Shown: positions 18,238 to 30,559 of the stretch, one piece after another
Position numbering within the stretch: the stretch's first letter is position 1
Layout: each line of letters opens with the position of its first letter
NCBI GenBank assembly: GCA_964016885.1
Contig: OZ024744.1
Span: forward strand, 67,766,001 to 67,830,000
Source of the DNA: Eledone cirrhosa
Lineage: Eukaryota
Length of the DNA stretch: 64,000 nt
Reading direction: 5' to 3'
The notes under the pieces: model-generated
What the model saw: the letters and a program-made list of their open reading frames with translations, nothing else
Databases searched by the model: none
Told to the model about the DNA's origin: nothing
Program-made: the position numbers and the translations under genes

Positions 18238-21200
18238 TACAACACCACAACTACCAACATAGACACTACAGTACATACAACACCACAACTACCAACATAG
18301 ACACTACAGTACATACAACACCCAACTACCAACAAAGACACTACATTACATACAACACCACAACTACCAACATAGACACTACATTATATACAACACCACA
18401 ACTACCAACATAGACACTACAGCACATACAACAACACAACTACCAACATAGACACTATAGTACATACAACACCACAACTACCAACAAAGACACTACATTA
18501 CATACAACACCACAACTACCAACATAGACACTACAGTACATACAACAACACAACTACCAACATAGACACTATAGTACATACAACACCACAACTACCAACA
18601 AAGACACTACATTACATACAACACTACAACTACCAACATAGACACTACAGTACATACAACACCACAACTACCAATATAAATACTACAGTACATACAACAA
18701 CACAACTACCAACATAGACACTATAGTACATACAACACCACAACTACCAACATAGACACTACAGTACATACAACACCACAACTACCAACATAGACACTAC
18801 AGTACATACAACACCACAACTACCAACATAGACACTACAGTACATACAACACCACAACTACCAACATAGACACTACAGTACATACAACAACACAATCACC
18901 AACATAGACACTACAGCACATACAACATCACAACTACCACCATAGACACTACAGTACATACAAACACCACAACTACCAACATAGACACTACAGCACATAC
19001 AACACCACAACTACCAACATAGGCATTACAGTACATACAACACCACAAATACCAACATAGACACTACAGTACATACAACACCACAACCACCAACATAGAC
19101 ACTACAGTACATACAACACCACAACTACCAACATAGACACTACAGTACATACAACACCACAACTACCAACATAGACACTACAGTACATACAACACAACAA
19201 CTACCAACATAGACACTACAGTACATACAACACCACAACCACCAACATAGACACTACAGCACATGCAACACCACAACTACCAACATAGGCATTACAGTAC
19301 ATACAACACCACAAATACCAACATAGACACTACAGTACATACAACACAACAACTACCAACATAGACACTACAGTACATACAACACAACAACTACCAACAT
19401 AGACACTACAGTACATACACCACCACAACTACCAACATAGACACGACAATACATACAACACCACAACTACCAATATAGACACTACAGTACATACAACACC
19501 ACAACTACCAACATAGGCACTACAGTACATAGAACCCCACAACTACCACCATACATACTACAGTACATACACTACCTCAACTACTAACATAGACACTACA
19601 GTACAACACTACTACTACCAACAAAGATGTTAAAGTACATACAACACCACAAATACCACCATAGACACTACAGTACATACAACACCACAACTACCAACAT
19701 AGACACTACAGTACATACAACATCACAACAACCAACATAGACACTACAGTACATACAACACCACAATTACCAACATAGACACTACAGTACATACAACACC
19801 ACAACTACCAACATAGACACTACAGTACATACAACACCACAACTACCAACATAGACACTACAGTACATACAACACCACAACTACCAACATAGACACTACA
19901 GTACATACAACACCACAACTACCACCATAGACACTACAGTACATATAACACCACAACTACCAACATAGACACTACAGTACATACAACATCACAACAACCA
20001 ACATAGACACTACAGTACATACAACACCACAACTACCACCATAGACACTACAGTACATATAACACCACAACTACCAACATAGACACTACAGTACATACAA
20101 CATCACAACAACCAACATAGACACTACAGTACATACAACATCACAACAACCAACATAGACACTACAGTACATGCAACACCACAACTACCAACATAGACAC
20201 TACAGTACATACAACATCACAACTACCAACATAGACACTACAGTACATACAACACCACAACTACCAACATAGGCACTACAGTACATACAACACCACAACT
20301 AACAACATAGACACTACAGTACATACAACACCACAACTACCACCATAGACACTCCAGTAGATACAACACCACAACTACCACCATAGACACTACAGTACAT
20401 ACAACACCACAACTACCAATATAGACACTACAGTACATACAACAGCACAACTACCAACATGGACACTACAGTACATACAACAGCACAACTACCACCATAG
20501 ACACTACAGTAAATACACCACAACTACCAACATAGACACTACACTATATACAACAACACAACTACCAACATAGACACTACAGTACATACAACACCACAAC
20601 TACCACCATAGACACTACAGTACAAACAAAAACACAACTACCAACATAGACACTACAGTACAAACAACAACACAACTACCACCATAGACACTACAGTACG
20701 TACAACACCATAACCACCAACGTAGACATTACATTACATACTGCCAACTATACTACTATCTTCAACATAGATGCTGCAGTAGAAAACATACAACAACACA
20801 CTCATCAACATAGACACAACAGTTGAGTTCCGACAACATCTCCACAGCTACCAACATAAAGCTGCAGTTCGTATTCAGCAAAATAATTATAGAAAGAGCC
20901 AAGAATATAATTTACAAAGCTATATAAGTAAAACTCCAATTACATATCAGAAATATCCATCACCATAAAAGTCAGTGACAAACTGAGACCTAATACACCT
21001 ACTCCTTGCCAGATTTACCACTGTGTTTAGGTGTTCTTAAGCTCCGGGACCCATTTGTCTGGAATGAGACACAGACATCTTCCTGCCAAAAAGATTTTTT
21101 ACAATGAAACTTTACGAATAAGGGGCTTCATAATTTAACTAGCACAGGGCTTCATTTGTCCTGAATCTGGCACTGCACCTACTCCACACACAATCAAAGT

Positions 21201-21374
21201 AAATCCAGCATCAGACAACTAAAAATGGAAGCAACAATGAAAAAATAGAAAAGCTGAAAAATATTTCTATCCAACATAAGCCTCAAAACTAGCAGTAAAA
21301 CACTATATAGGCTCATTACCAACAACAAAGACTACGCCACATTTTTTATCACAGTAATAACCCCAGATAATATT

Positions 21375-21580
21375 CTGTATTTTTCAGAATACAGGACATG
21401 CTTTTTTCTAAAATTTGACCCTGAAAATCATTGTGCGTTTTATAAGGCAAATGTCAGGTTTGAGGTAATTACTACATGGAAAAATTTTATCATTAAAAAG
21501 TAGGAAATATTTAGACACACAGTGATTTTGAGAGTCAAATTTTATAAAAAATGTGCTTCCTATATTCCGAAAAAATATGG
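21375..21580. mobile_element. Degraded Tc1/mariner-superfamily (Tc2-like) MITE
   Basis: Imperfect TIRs ctgtatttttcagaatacagga / ttcctatattccgaaaaaatatgg followed by TA. Confidence 0.55.
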
Positions 21581-21799
21581 TACTCAAAACAATGAAATAA
21601 TAAGTAAATTACTTCATCAGACATTTCTTAAAATCCAGTCACCAAAAGATCCACATAAATAAACAAAGAAATACAAAATGAGGACTTTGAAGATTCCACA
21701 TAGACCATGAATTTTGTCCCTTCCTTCCATCAGGCACTGAAAAGGAAACAAGGAAATCTAAAAACCTAAAGTGACAAGAACAGACAAAATCATAAATGT

Positions 21800-22065
21800 A
21801 CATAAAATTCTGGCTATCTAATTCCTGTCAAATCGCCAATACTGTGTTGTGTAGTCAATCAGGTAATGAAACAAAGTAGTATCGCCAATAACTGGCAAAA
21901 TAGTATCTTTGTAAACTGTTATAAGTGCAAAGAAAATGTTTTAGAATGGAGTAACTGCAGAGACATTAAACTGACAGACAAGTCATGGAAGCAGCTGAGA
22001 GAGTTACAGCAAAAATAATGAAAGAGAAACTAGATCAGATGAGATGTAATTTAGATTTGAGTCAG
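21800..22065 (+). pseudogene. Old RTE RT relic
   Basis: Reads VNCYKCKENVLEWSNCRDIKL..VMEAAERVTAKIM, homologous to VNCYKGKGDALDRSNYRGIKLIDQVMKVTERVIAQLI in the RTE at 23002-24839. Confidence 0.7.
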
Positions 22066-22104
22066 TTTGTCGATCAATCTGTACTTATACAGCCATCTAT
22101 GCAT

Positions 22105-22380
22105 AAGGTGGAAAGTGGCAGAGTCGTTAAGATATTGGATAGAATGCTTTACAGTATTCGTCCCAACTCATTGTGCGCTTCGAGTTCAAATCCTGCCAGG
22201 GGCAACTTTACCTTTCATCCTTTCGAGGTCGATAAAAAAATACCAGTAAATTACTAGGGTCGATTCTTCCTCTATAGAAAAAAATCGGCTGTGTTCAGAC
22301 CTGGAGAGGGTTAGGTTCCACTAGCTCTTTTAAAGTGCCCTAGACACGCTGTATGACAGTGTCTCTATGACTCTACAAGA
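22105..22380 (+). mobile_element. tRNA-headed SINE variant with an extended 3' tail
   Basis: A-box-like TGGCAGAGTCG and B-box GAGTTCAAATCC. Central cctttcatcctttcgaggtcgataaaa domain. Tail shared with 30073-30352. Confidence 0.75.
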
Positions 22381-22397
22381 TCTTTATCCTTATATAT

Positions 22398-22594
22398 CAT
22401 TCATCATCATTTCATTTTACGTCCACTTTTCCCTGCTTGCAAGGGTGGGACGGGAACTGATTCTGACTTGATTTCTACAGCTGGATGCCCTTCCTAACAC
22501 CAACCTCATTTACAGTGAGTGCTGGGTGCTTTTTTGCCGTGGCACCTCCACGACCACTTTGCAGTGGAATGATATGGACCCCAGTCTCTATCAT
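22398..22594 (-). mobile_element. Short non-autonomous RTE-tail element
   Basis: Reverse complement nearly identical to 39055-39250. Contains AGGAAGGGCATCC and ends GCAAGCAGGGAAAAGTGGACGTAAAATGA..(TGA)n. Confidence 0.75.
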
Positions 22595-22599
22595 CATAT

Positions 22600-24836
22600 A
22601 TCATCATCATCATCATCATCATCAACGTTTAACGTCCGTGTTCCACGCTTGCATGGGTTTGGACGGGGGTAGTCCCACTTGAGGCAAGAGTGATTGTCTT
22701 GCTCGCATAGGACTGTCTGGCAGGTTTTCTACAGTTGGATGCCCTTCCTAACACCAACCACATTTACAGTGTGGGTCTGGGAGGTTTTTACCGTGTTGCC
22801 TACACGGCCACATTACAGCGTGGACTGTGTGTTTTTTTGTCGTGACACCTACACGATCTCATTTGTTTCGGCCTCGAAGGCGCGGCACCAACATAACTTT
22901 ACATAGAACGGGGTGGTGTGGATCGGGTGGGGGTGGGGGTGGTGGGACGGGGTGTATTTTGTTAGAGATGCCTACTGGCTGGAGTAGGTTTTACTATATA
23001 TTTAGGTAAGGCGGGTCTTCTCTGTTACTGAGTACCGCCAAAGGTCTCGGTCCAGTGACATTGTCTTGGAGAGGTGTAAGTGTGTGATGTCGGAGTTTAT
23101 CAGCTCGTCCCAGGTTTTTCTAGGTCTGCCTATTCCGTGACTACCGTCTATCTTTATTGCCCTGCACTTTGTTATACAGCTATCGACTTTCATGCGCATC
23201 ACGTGTCCATACCAACGTAGCCTTCTCTCGAGTAAACAACATCTGATCCCTCTTATCTCTAATTTTTTCCTTAGTTCGTTTATGCTTTGCCGTTCACGTA
23301 TATTACTGTTACACATCCAGCGGAGCATGCAAGCTTCGTTCCTCTCTAGTCTGCGTATATCCTCTGCACACAATGCCCAGGTCTCACTGCCATGCAGCAT
23401 TGCTGTTCGTATGCAGGCATCGTACAACCTGCCTTTCATTTTTAGTGAGAACCCTTTAGCAGCTAATAGTGGTATAAGCTCTCTGAACTTTTTCCAACCA
23501 GTTCTGACTCTAGCTACAGTACTTTCAGAGCACCCTCCCCCACTGCTGATTTTATCGCCCAGGTAACGGAAGCTGTCCACTATTTCTATAGAACCCTCTG
23601 CGCAATTGAAAGAGCTAGTAGTTTGTGGGCACTTGCTGCTACTTATTGCACCAGAGCACCGGCCACATGTAAAATCTATGTTCTTAGTTAGCTTACCTGT
23701 GATCCCACTACATCTTTTATGCACCCATACTTTGCATTTAGGACATAAAATGGAGTTTCTACCTACGCCTTTCCTACACACCGAGCACGACCATTTCCCA
23801 GAAGGGACCGCCGCCTTGTTTTCTTTCCTACAAACTAGTACTTTGGTCTTAGCCAGGTTAATTTTAAGTCCTTTTGACTCTAGGCCGTGCTTCCATGTTT
23901 GGAATTTCTTCTCTAGCTCGGCCATTGATTCCGCTATGAGTGTCAGGTCGTCTGCGTATAGGAGTTCCCATGGGCAGCCTGTCTTGAACTCCTCTGTTAT
24001 AGCCTGAAGGGCAATAATAAATAGTAGTGGACTGAGAACAGAGCCCTGATGGACGCCAACTTTTACGCTAAACTCTTCACTATATTCGTTGTTAATTCTA
24101 ACCTTGCTGACTGTTTCTTTATACATGGCTTGTATAGCCCTCACAAGCCATTCGTCAACGCCTAGTTTTCTAAGAGCCCACCAGATAATGGAGCGGGGGA
24201 CTCTGTCGAAGGCTTTCTCCAAGTCGACAAAAGCTAAGTAGAGGGGTTTACCTTTAGCTAGGTACTTCTCCTGTAGTTGTCGTACTATGAAAAGAGCGTC
24301 TGTGGTACTTTTGCCTGACACAAACCCGAACTGCATTTCATCTAGGTCAATTCTCTCTCTGATTAGTTGCGCTATTACTCTTTCCGTGACCTTCATGACC
24401 TGGTCGATTAATTTAATGCCTCTATAGTTACTCCTATCTAGGGCGTCTCCTTTACCCTTATAACAGTTAACGATGATGCTGCTATGCCAGTCCTTCGGAA
24501 CAACCCCATTCTGTACGACTTGGTTAACTATGCGGGTGACCATGGTGTGTCCCACCGTGCCAGATGCCTTCAGCATCTCAGCAACTATTTCCGAAGGCCC
24601 AGCCGCCTTACCAGTCTTCATATCCTTGATTGCCTTACTTATTATACTCCCCTCGACTAACACTGCTGGTCCCTCTATTGGGTCGATATGGGGGAGACTG
24701 CCTTTCTCCCAATTATTCTCCTCATTTAGAAGCCTTTCATAGTGACACTTCCAAGCTACCTTCTTATCAGCGTCGGTGATGGCAAGTGTGCCATCGTCGT
24801 TTAGTACACACTTCTCCCCGACAATATCACGGTTTT

Positions 24837-24839
<3 letters not shown>
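22600..24839 (-). mobile_element. 5'-truncated RTE-clade LINE with (GAT)n tail
   Basis: Contains the RT ORF 23002-24839, a 3' UTR with 48-bp repeats and a (TGA)n tail at 22600-22625. The 5' end abuts (TA)n. Confidence 0.95.
23002..24839 (-). CDS. RTE LINE reverse transcriptase (5'-truncated) with an embedded PHD-type zinc finger
   Basis: NYRGIKL, QFGF, FVDLEKAFDRVPR, GVHQGSVLSPLLF, LLYADD, FRYLG, RLRWYGHVMR, GRPRKTW. The frame reads open upstream of the 24663 ORF-track start as far as the TA tract. Confidence 0.93.

Positions 24840-24892
<53 letters not shown>
24840..24892. repeat. (TA)n microsatellite
   Basis: Direct read. Confidence 0.95.
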
Positions 24893-24894
<2 letters not shown>

Positions 24895-26852
24895 TATACA
24901 GCCATATATACTATATAGCCATATATACTATACAGCCATATATACTATACAGCCATATATACTATATAGCCATATATACTATATAGCTATATATACTATA
25001 CAGCCATATATACTATATAGCCATATATACTATATAGCCATATATACTATACAGCCATATATACTATACAGCCATATATACTATATAGCCATATTTACTA
25101 TACAGCCATATATACTATACAGCCATATATACTATATAGCCATATATACTATATAGCCATATATACTATACAGCCATATATACTATACAGCCATATATAC
25201 TATATAGCCATATATACTATATAGCCATATATACTATATAGCCATATATACTATATAGCCATATATACTATACAGCCATATATATATACAGCCATATATA
25301 CTATACAGCCATATATACTATATAGCCATATATACTATACAGCCATATATACTATATAGCCATATATACTATATAGCCATATATACTATATAGCCATATT
25401 TACTATACAGCCATATATACTATACAGCCATATATACTATATAGCCATATATACTATATAGCTATATATACTATACAGCCATATATACTATACAGCCATA
25501 TATACTATACAGCCATATATACTATATAGCCATATATACTATATAGCTATATATACTATACAGCCATATATACTATACAGCCATATATACTATACAGCCA
25601 TATATACTATACAGGCATATATACTATATAGCCATATTTACTATACAGCCATATATAGTATATATAGCCATATATACTATATAGCCATATATACTATATA
25701 GCCATATATATATACAGCCATATATACTATATATCCATATATACTATATAGCCATATATACTATATAGCCATATATACTATATAGCCATATATACTATAC
25801 AGCCGTATATACTATATAGCCATATATACTATATAGCCATATATACTATATAGCCATATATACTATATAGCCATATATACTATATAGCCATATATACTAT
25901 ACAGCCATATATACTATACAGCCATATATACTATATAGCCATATTTACTATACAGCCATATATACTATATAGCCATATATACTATATAGCCATATATACT
26001 ATACAGCCATATATACTATATATATATATATATATATATATACTATACAGCCATATATACTATACAGCCATATATACTATATAGCCATATTTACTATACA
26101 GCCATATATACTATATAGCCATATATACTATATAGCCATATATACTATACAGCCATATATACTATATAGCCATATATACTATATAGCCATATATACCATA
26201 CAGCCATATATACTATGTAGCCATATATACTATACAGCCATATATACTATACAGCCATATATACTATATAGCCATATATACTATATAGCTATATATACTA
26301 TACAGCCATATATACTATATAGCCATATATACTATATAGCCATATATACTATACAGCCATATATATTATACAGCCATATATACTATATAGCCATATTTAC
26401 TATACAGCCATATATACTATACAGCCATATATACTATATAGCCATATATACTATATAGCCATATATACTATACAGCCATATATACTATACAGCCATATAT
26501 ACTATATAGCCATATATACTATATAGCCATATATACTATATAGCCATATATACTATATAGCCATATATACTATACAGTCATATATATATACAGCCATATA
26601 TACTATACAGCCATATATACTATATAGCCATATATACTATACAGCCATATATACTATATAGCCATATATACTATATAGCCATATATACTATATAGCCATA
26701 TTTACTATACAGCCATATATACTATACAGCCATATATACTATATAGCCATATATACTATATAGCTATATATACTATATAGCCATATATACTATACAGCCA
26801 TATATACTATATATCCATATATACTATATATCCATATATACTATATAGCCAT
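24893..26852. repeat. 17-bp minisatellite GCCATATATACTATA(T/C)A, ~2 kb
   Basis: GCC recurs at 24901, 24918, 24935 and onward. Very homogeneous. Confidence 0.97.
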
Positions 26853-27067
26853 TTCTCTCTCCTAGAAAAGTGTTGTGACAACAACTTGGGGCCTTTCACT
26901 CCCAGATGAAAAAAAAAAATGCGATTTGGATGGCCGTTGACTCTACTTCTGAGTTCCTCCGCCCTTCCCCGCTTCTTGCATTCCCTCCCGCAGTGTGTCG
27001 AAATATTCCCCTTCTCACCAAGTTAGCTTGGTGGAGATGCCGGTCTAGTCGCCAACGACACAACCAT

Positions 27068-27308
27068 GAGATATACTTATACAGATATACTTATACAGAT
27101 ATACTTATACAGATATATTTATACAGATATACTTATACAGATATACTTATACAGATATACTTATACAGATATACTTATACAGATATACTTATACAGATAT
27201 ACTTATACAGATATACTTATACAGATATATTTATACAGATATACTTATACAGATATACTTATACAGATATACTTATACAGATATACTTATACAGATATAT
27301 TTATACAG
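27068..27308. repeat. 14-bp minisatellite GATATACTTATACA
   Basis: Direct read, and a 14-aa periodicity in the spurious ORFs over it. Confidence 0.95.
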
Positions 27309-27344
27309 CCATGTACACTATACAGCCATATATATGTATAGAGA

Positions 27345-27530
27345 CATCTTAACTTATACAGCCATCAATACTTATAAAGTCATCTATACTTAGACATCCA
27401 TCAATACTTATACAGCCATCTATTTTTATATACGGCCATCAATATTTATACAGCCATCTATACTTATACTGTGATCTATACTTATATAGCCATCTTAACT
27501 TATACAATAATCTATACTACACATCCATTC
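27345..27530. repeat. Degenerate 18-bp minisatellite TTATACAGCCATCWATAC
   Basis: About 9 diverged units. Confidence 0.75.
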
Positions 27531-28144
27531 TTATATGCTGCCATTTATTCTCTTTACTCATATTCCATTCTCAAATATTCCAATAAGTGTGAATATTCTT
27601 CAGTGTAATGTTCAAAGCAATTATCAATTGTTGTCAACAATGTACAGGCCAGTGTTGTATGCTGGAGCTCAACTTTTTAATATATATATATACTTGACAT
27701 TTCTAAATATCAAACTGAAAAAAAAAAAAAAAAGAAATGTTTATATTGAACTCGATCTCTTTCTAATAATCATCCAGCATTCTGATATCTATCTATCCTT
27801 CTATCTGTCTGTCTGTCAGTCACTCAGTCACTGTCTATCTCTCTCTCTCTCTATCTATCTCTATCTCTATCTCCCCCCCTTCTGCAAGCAGGGAAAAGCA
27901 GACGTAAAATGATGATATATATATATATGTTATGGCTAAGTGGTGAGTCTTATTACAATGGACTTTTACCTGTGCACTTACAGGATATTTGGGAGAGAGA
28001 GAGGGGGGGAGGGGTAAATGAGTGTTTTCGAATTGGCATGTGGGGAGGGTGGCTATTAGTCGATGTGATTGCTATAATAGAGGGGATATGGGAAAGGAGA
28101 GAAAGAAGGAATGTATCAAAAGAAAAAAGAAAGAAAAGGAGGAT

Positions 28145-28766
28145 AGGCGATGACCCAGGAGCAAGACCTCTGGCATTACGTAGTAATACAGAAGACCCAA
28201 CTTCCCACAGGTATAAGCCAAAGATGAAGCATATAGACAGTATGCCCCACCCGCTCCCGCTGTAAAATGGTTGTGTAGGTGTCATGACAAAAAGCACCCA
28301 GCCCTCACTGTAAAGTGGTTGTGTAGATGTCATGACAAAAAGCACCCAGCCCACACTGTTAGATGGTTATGTAGGTATCATGACAAAAAGTACCCAGCCC
28401 TCACTGTAAAGTGGTTGTGAGATGTCATGACAAAAAACACCCAGCCCTCACTGTAAAATGATTGTGTAGGTGTCACAACAAAAAAGCACCCAGCACACAC
28501 TGTAAAGTGGTTGTGTGGGTGTCATGATAAAAAAGCCCACAATCCACGCTGTAAAGTGGTCGTGTAGGTGTCACGACAAAAAAGCACCCAGCACACAGGT
28601 TGGTATTAGTAAGGACATCCAGCTGTAGACATCCAGCTGTAGCCAAAATCAAGTCTGTATGAGCAAGACATGATCAGCTGACCTTTGCATTGCCCACAAC
28701 AGGACAACCCATCAAATCTATGTTAGCGTGGAAGAGTGGACATAAAATGGTGATGGTGATGATGAT
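28145..28766 (+). mobile_element. RTE 3' end with an expanded 48-bp tandem repeat in the 3' UTR
   Basis: ORF end AMTQEQDLWHYVVIQKT matches the reverse complement of 63740-63850. About 7 units of GCACCCAGCCCTCACTGTAAAGTGGTTGTGTAGGTGTCATGACAAAAA. GAT tail. Confidence 0.85.
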
Positions 28767-28789
28767 ATAACCCTTGCTAGGAAAGAAAG

Positions 28790-30015
28790 CAAATGTTAAA
28801 ACAATCATGATATATATAATCTGTTGGAGCATTTTGTTGGAGTGTCTGTTCTGTGTGTGGATATAATTTTTATCTCGATGTTCTCTAGGGAGCTCCTATG
28901 TTCTATTCTGGCAAGTTGGTGGAGTACTGATGAGTTCTTCCCATCCAGAAGTTTCCCCCAGTATTCATTTATTCTTTCACTTGTGCTACTGGCCGTCTCA
29001 CCTATAAATGTCATGTTCTTATTCCCACACTATCCCTCTGTACATCTTATGTTATATACTATGTTCCTAGTTTTACACTTAATCTGAGGGCTTAATCTGC
29101 AGACTAGAACTTTTCTATCAGTGCCAGGTGTTTCTCAAAAGGGCTTTTATTTAATTTTAGTTTGTCTTGAGCCCTTCTAAATCTGTAACCTAGTTCACTT
29201 CTGTGGGTTGCATTGATGAACATTACACTCTGGTATTTATTGCTGTTATACCATGAGTTGATCTTATTAGTCTTCTTCTTAGTTCTCTCTATCCTATTAC
29301 AAAATGTGCTCCTATACATGGGCCAGTCCCATTCACATCATTTTCTATAATATTCATCCATTTGGACTGGGCTACTTTATACACCCTGATCCTGTTTCTT
29401 TGATTGTAGCCAGAAAATTGCATGTGGTGGATGAAGTGTTGTATGTGACATTCTATATGACACATTCTTCATCACTCTAAGTCTGCAATTACTATGTTGA
29501 CTTTCATGTTATCCAAAAAGGCTGAGTTTTGGTAGATCAGGTACTTGGAGGCCATGGGTTTGACATAATGGAAATGGAGGATCTGTGTTTTATTACTATG
29601 TTTTATTAGTATGCTTTCTAACCAGAGTTCTGTGTCTAGTTCAGGTAGTCTATGGTTGAGTAGTATACAGCTATTTGCTGGGTGATTTCCATGATGTTCC
29701 TTTATAATTCCTGACTGTTCTCATGTGGGAGTGTTTTACCTACTATATTGATGTCATCTATATAGCAGGAGTACACAGTCAGGGTTACAGAGTTCTCGTC
29801 TAAGCATTACTTAAGTCCCCATAAAGAGGTTGACCAATTCACCAGCAATGCTGATGCCAATGGTTACGTCCTCCTCTTGGGCATATGTTTTCTCATTGAA
29901 CTTAAACATATGTTCCTTAAGGGTTAGTCTTATATTGGCCCCACAACAGGGTAACTCTTTGTGCCCTCTCCTCTTTGCTCTTGGTATCTCATGATGATTT
30001 CTTACAAATGAAATG
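28790..30015 (-). pseudogene. Degraded Penelope-like element (RT remnants plus GIY-YIG)
   Basis: Minus-strand fragments YAQEEDVTIGISIAGELVNLFM, YIDDI and FIGETASSTSERINEY. Confidence 0.65.
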
Positions 30016-30072
30016 GTTTTGGTCCTGGAGAAGTCATTTCTATATCAATATATATATATACACACTAAGTAA

Positions 30073-30352
30073 TAAGGTGGCAAATTGGCCAGAGTCATTA
30101 AGATGTTGGATAGAATGCCTTACGGTATTCATCCTACCTCTTTGCTCTCTGAGTTCAAATCCTGTTGTGGTCAACTTTGCCTTTCGTACTTTTGACGTCA
30201 ATAAAAAAAAAAAGTACCAGTCTAGTACTGAGGTTGATTCTTCCACTATAGAAAAAAAATCAGCTGTGTTAAGAGCTGGAGAGGGTTGGGCTCCACCGGG
30301 TTTAAATGTGCCCTAGACACACCGTATGATGGTACCTCTGCAACTCTACAAG
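30073..30352 (+). mobile_element. tRNA-headed SINE variant, same as 22105-22380
   Basis: Head, B-box GAGTTCAAATCC, central domain and tail gaaaaaaaatcagctgtgtt...ggagagggtt...gccctagacac...actctacaag are shared. Confidence 0.75.
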
Positions 30353-30559
30353 GAATTATGGGATATTTAACCCTTTAACTTAGTAATAATAAATACAAAG
30401 ACCAAAATCCAAATAGGACTCGATAAGGATATATAAACCCATAGAGCAAATATTTATTAGTACAGATTAGAAGATCCTGCTTAGGGTGAAAGCAGTAATT
30501 TATTGCTTAAACTTTCAATCAGTGCTACTATTACTAATGATAATAATAATAATTATTAT

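Larger units (their letters stand above)
1..20860. repeat. 38-bp tandem satellite (consensus TACATACAACACCACAACTACCAACATAGACACTACAG), runs off the left edge
   Basis: GACACTACAG recurs every 38 bp (e.g. 481, 519). The + strand is strongly C/A-rich. Units decay at ~20690-20860. Interrupted at 7325-8465 and 17070-18237. Confidence 0.98.

Noticed and set aside
1-20860. CRISPR-like array (38-bp repeats)
   Set aside because: Units are head-to-tail with no unique spacers, there are no cas genes, and the context is eukaryotic.
24776-27352. YI/YT-rich ORFs, also at 33373, 38095-38500, 39438, 41389-41725, 44155-45077, 54043 and 62621
   Set aside because: Micro- and minisatellite translation artefacts.
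28255-28595. CRISPR-like 48-bp repeats
   Set aside because: There are no spacers, and the repeats are part of an RTE 3' UTR.
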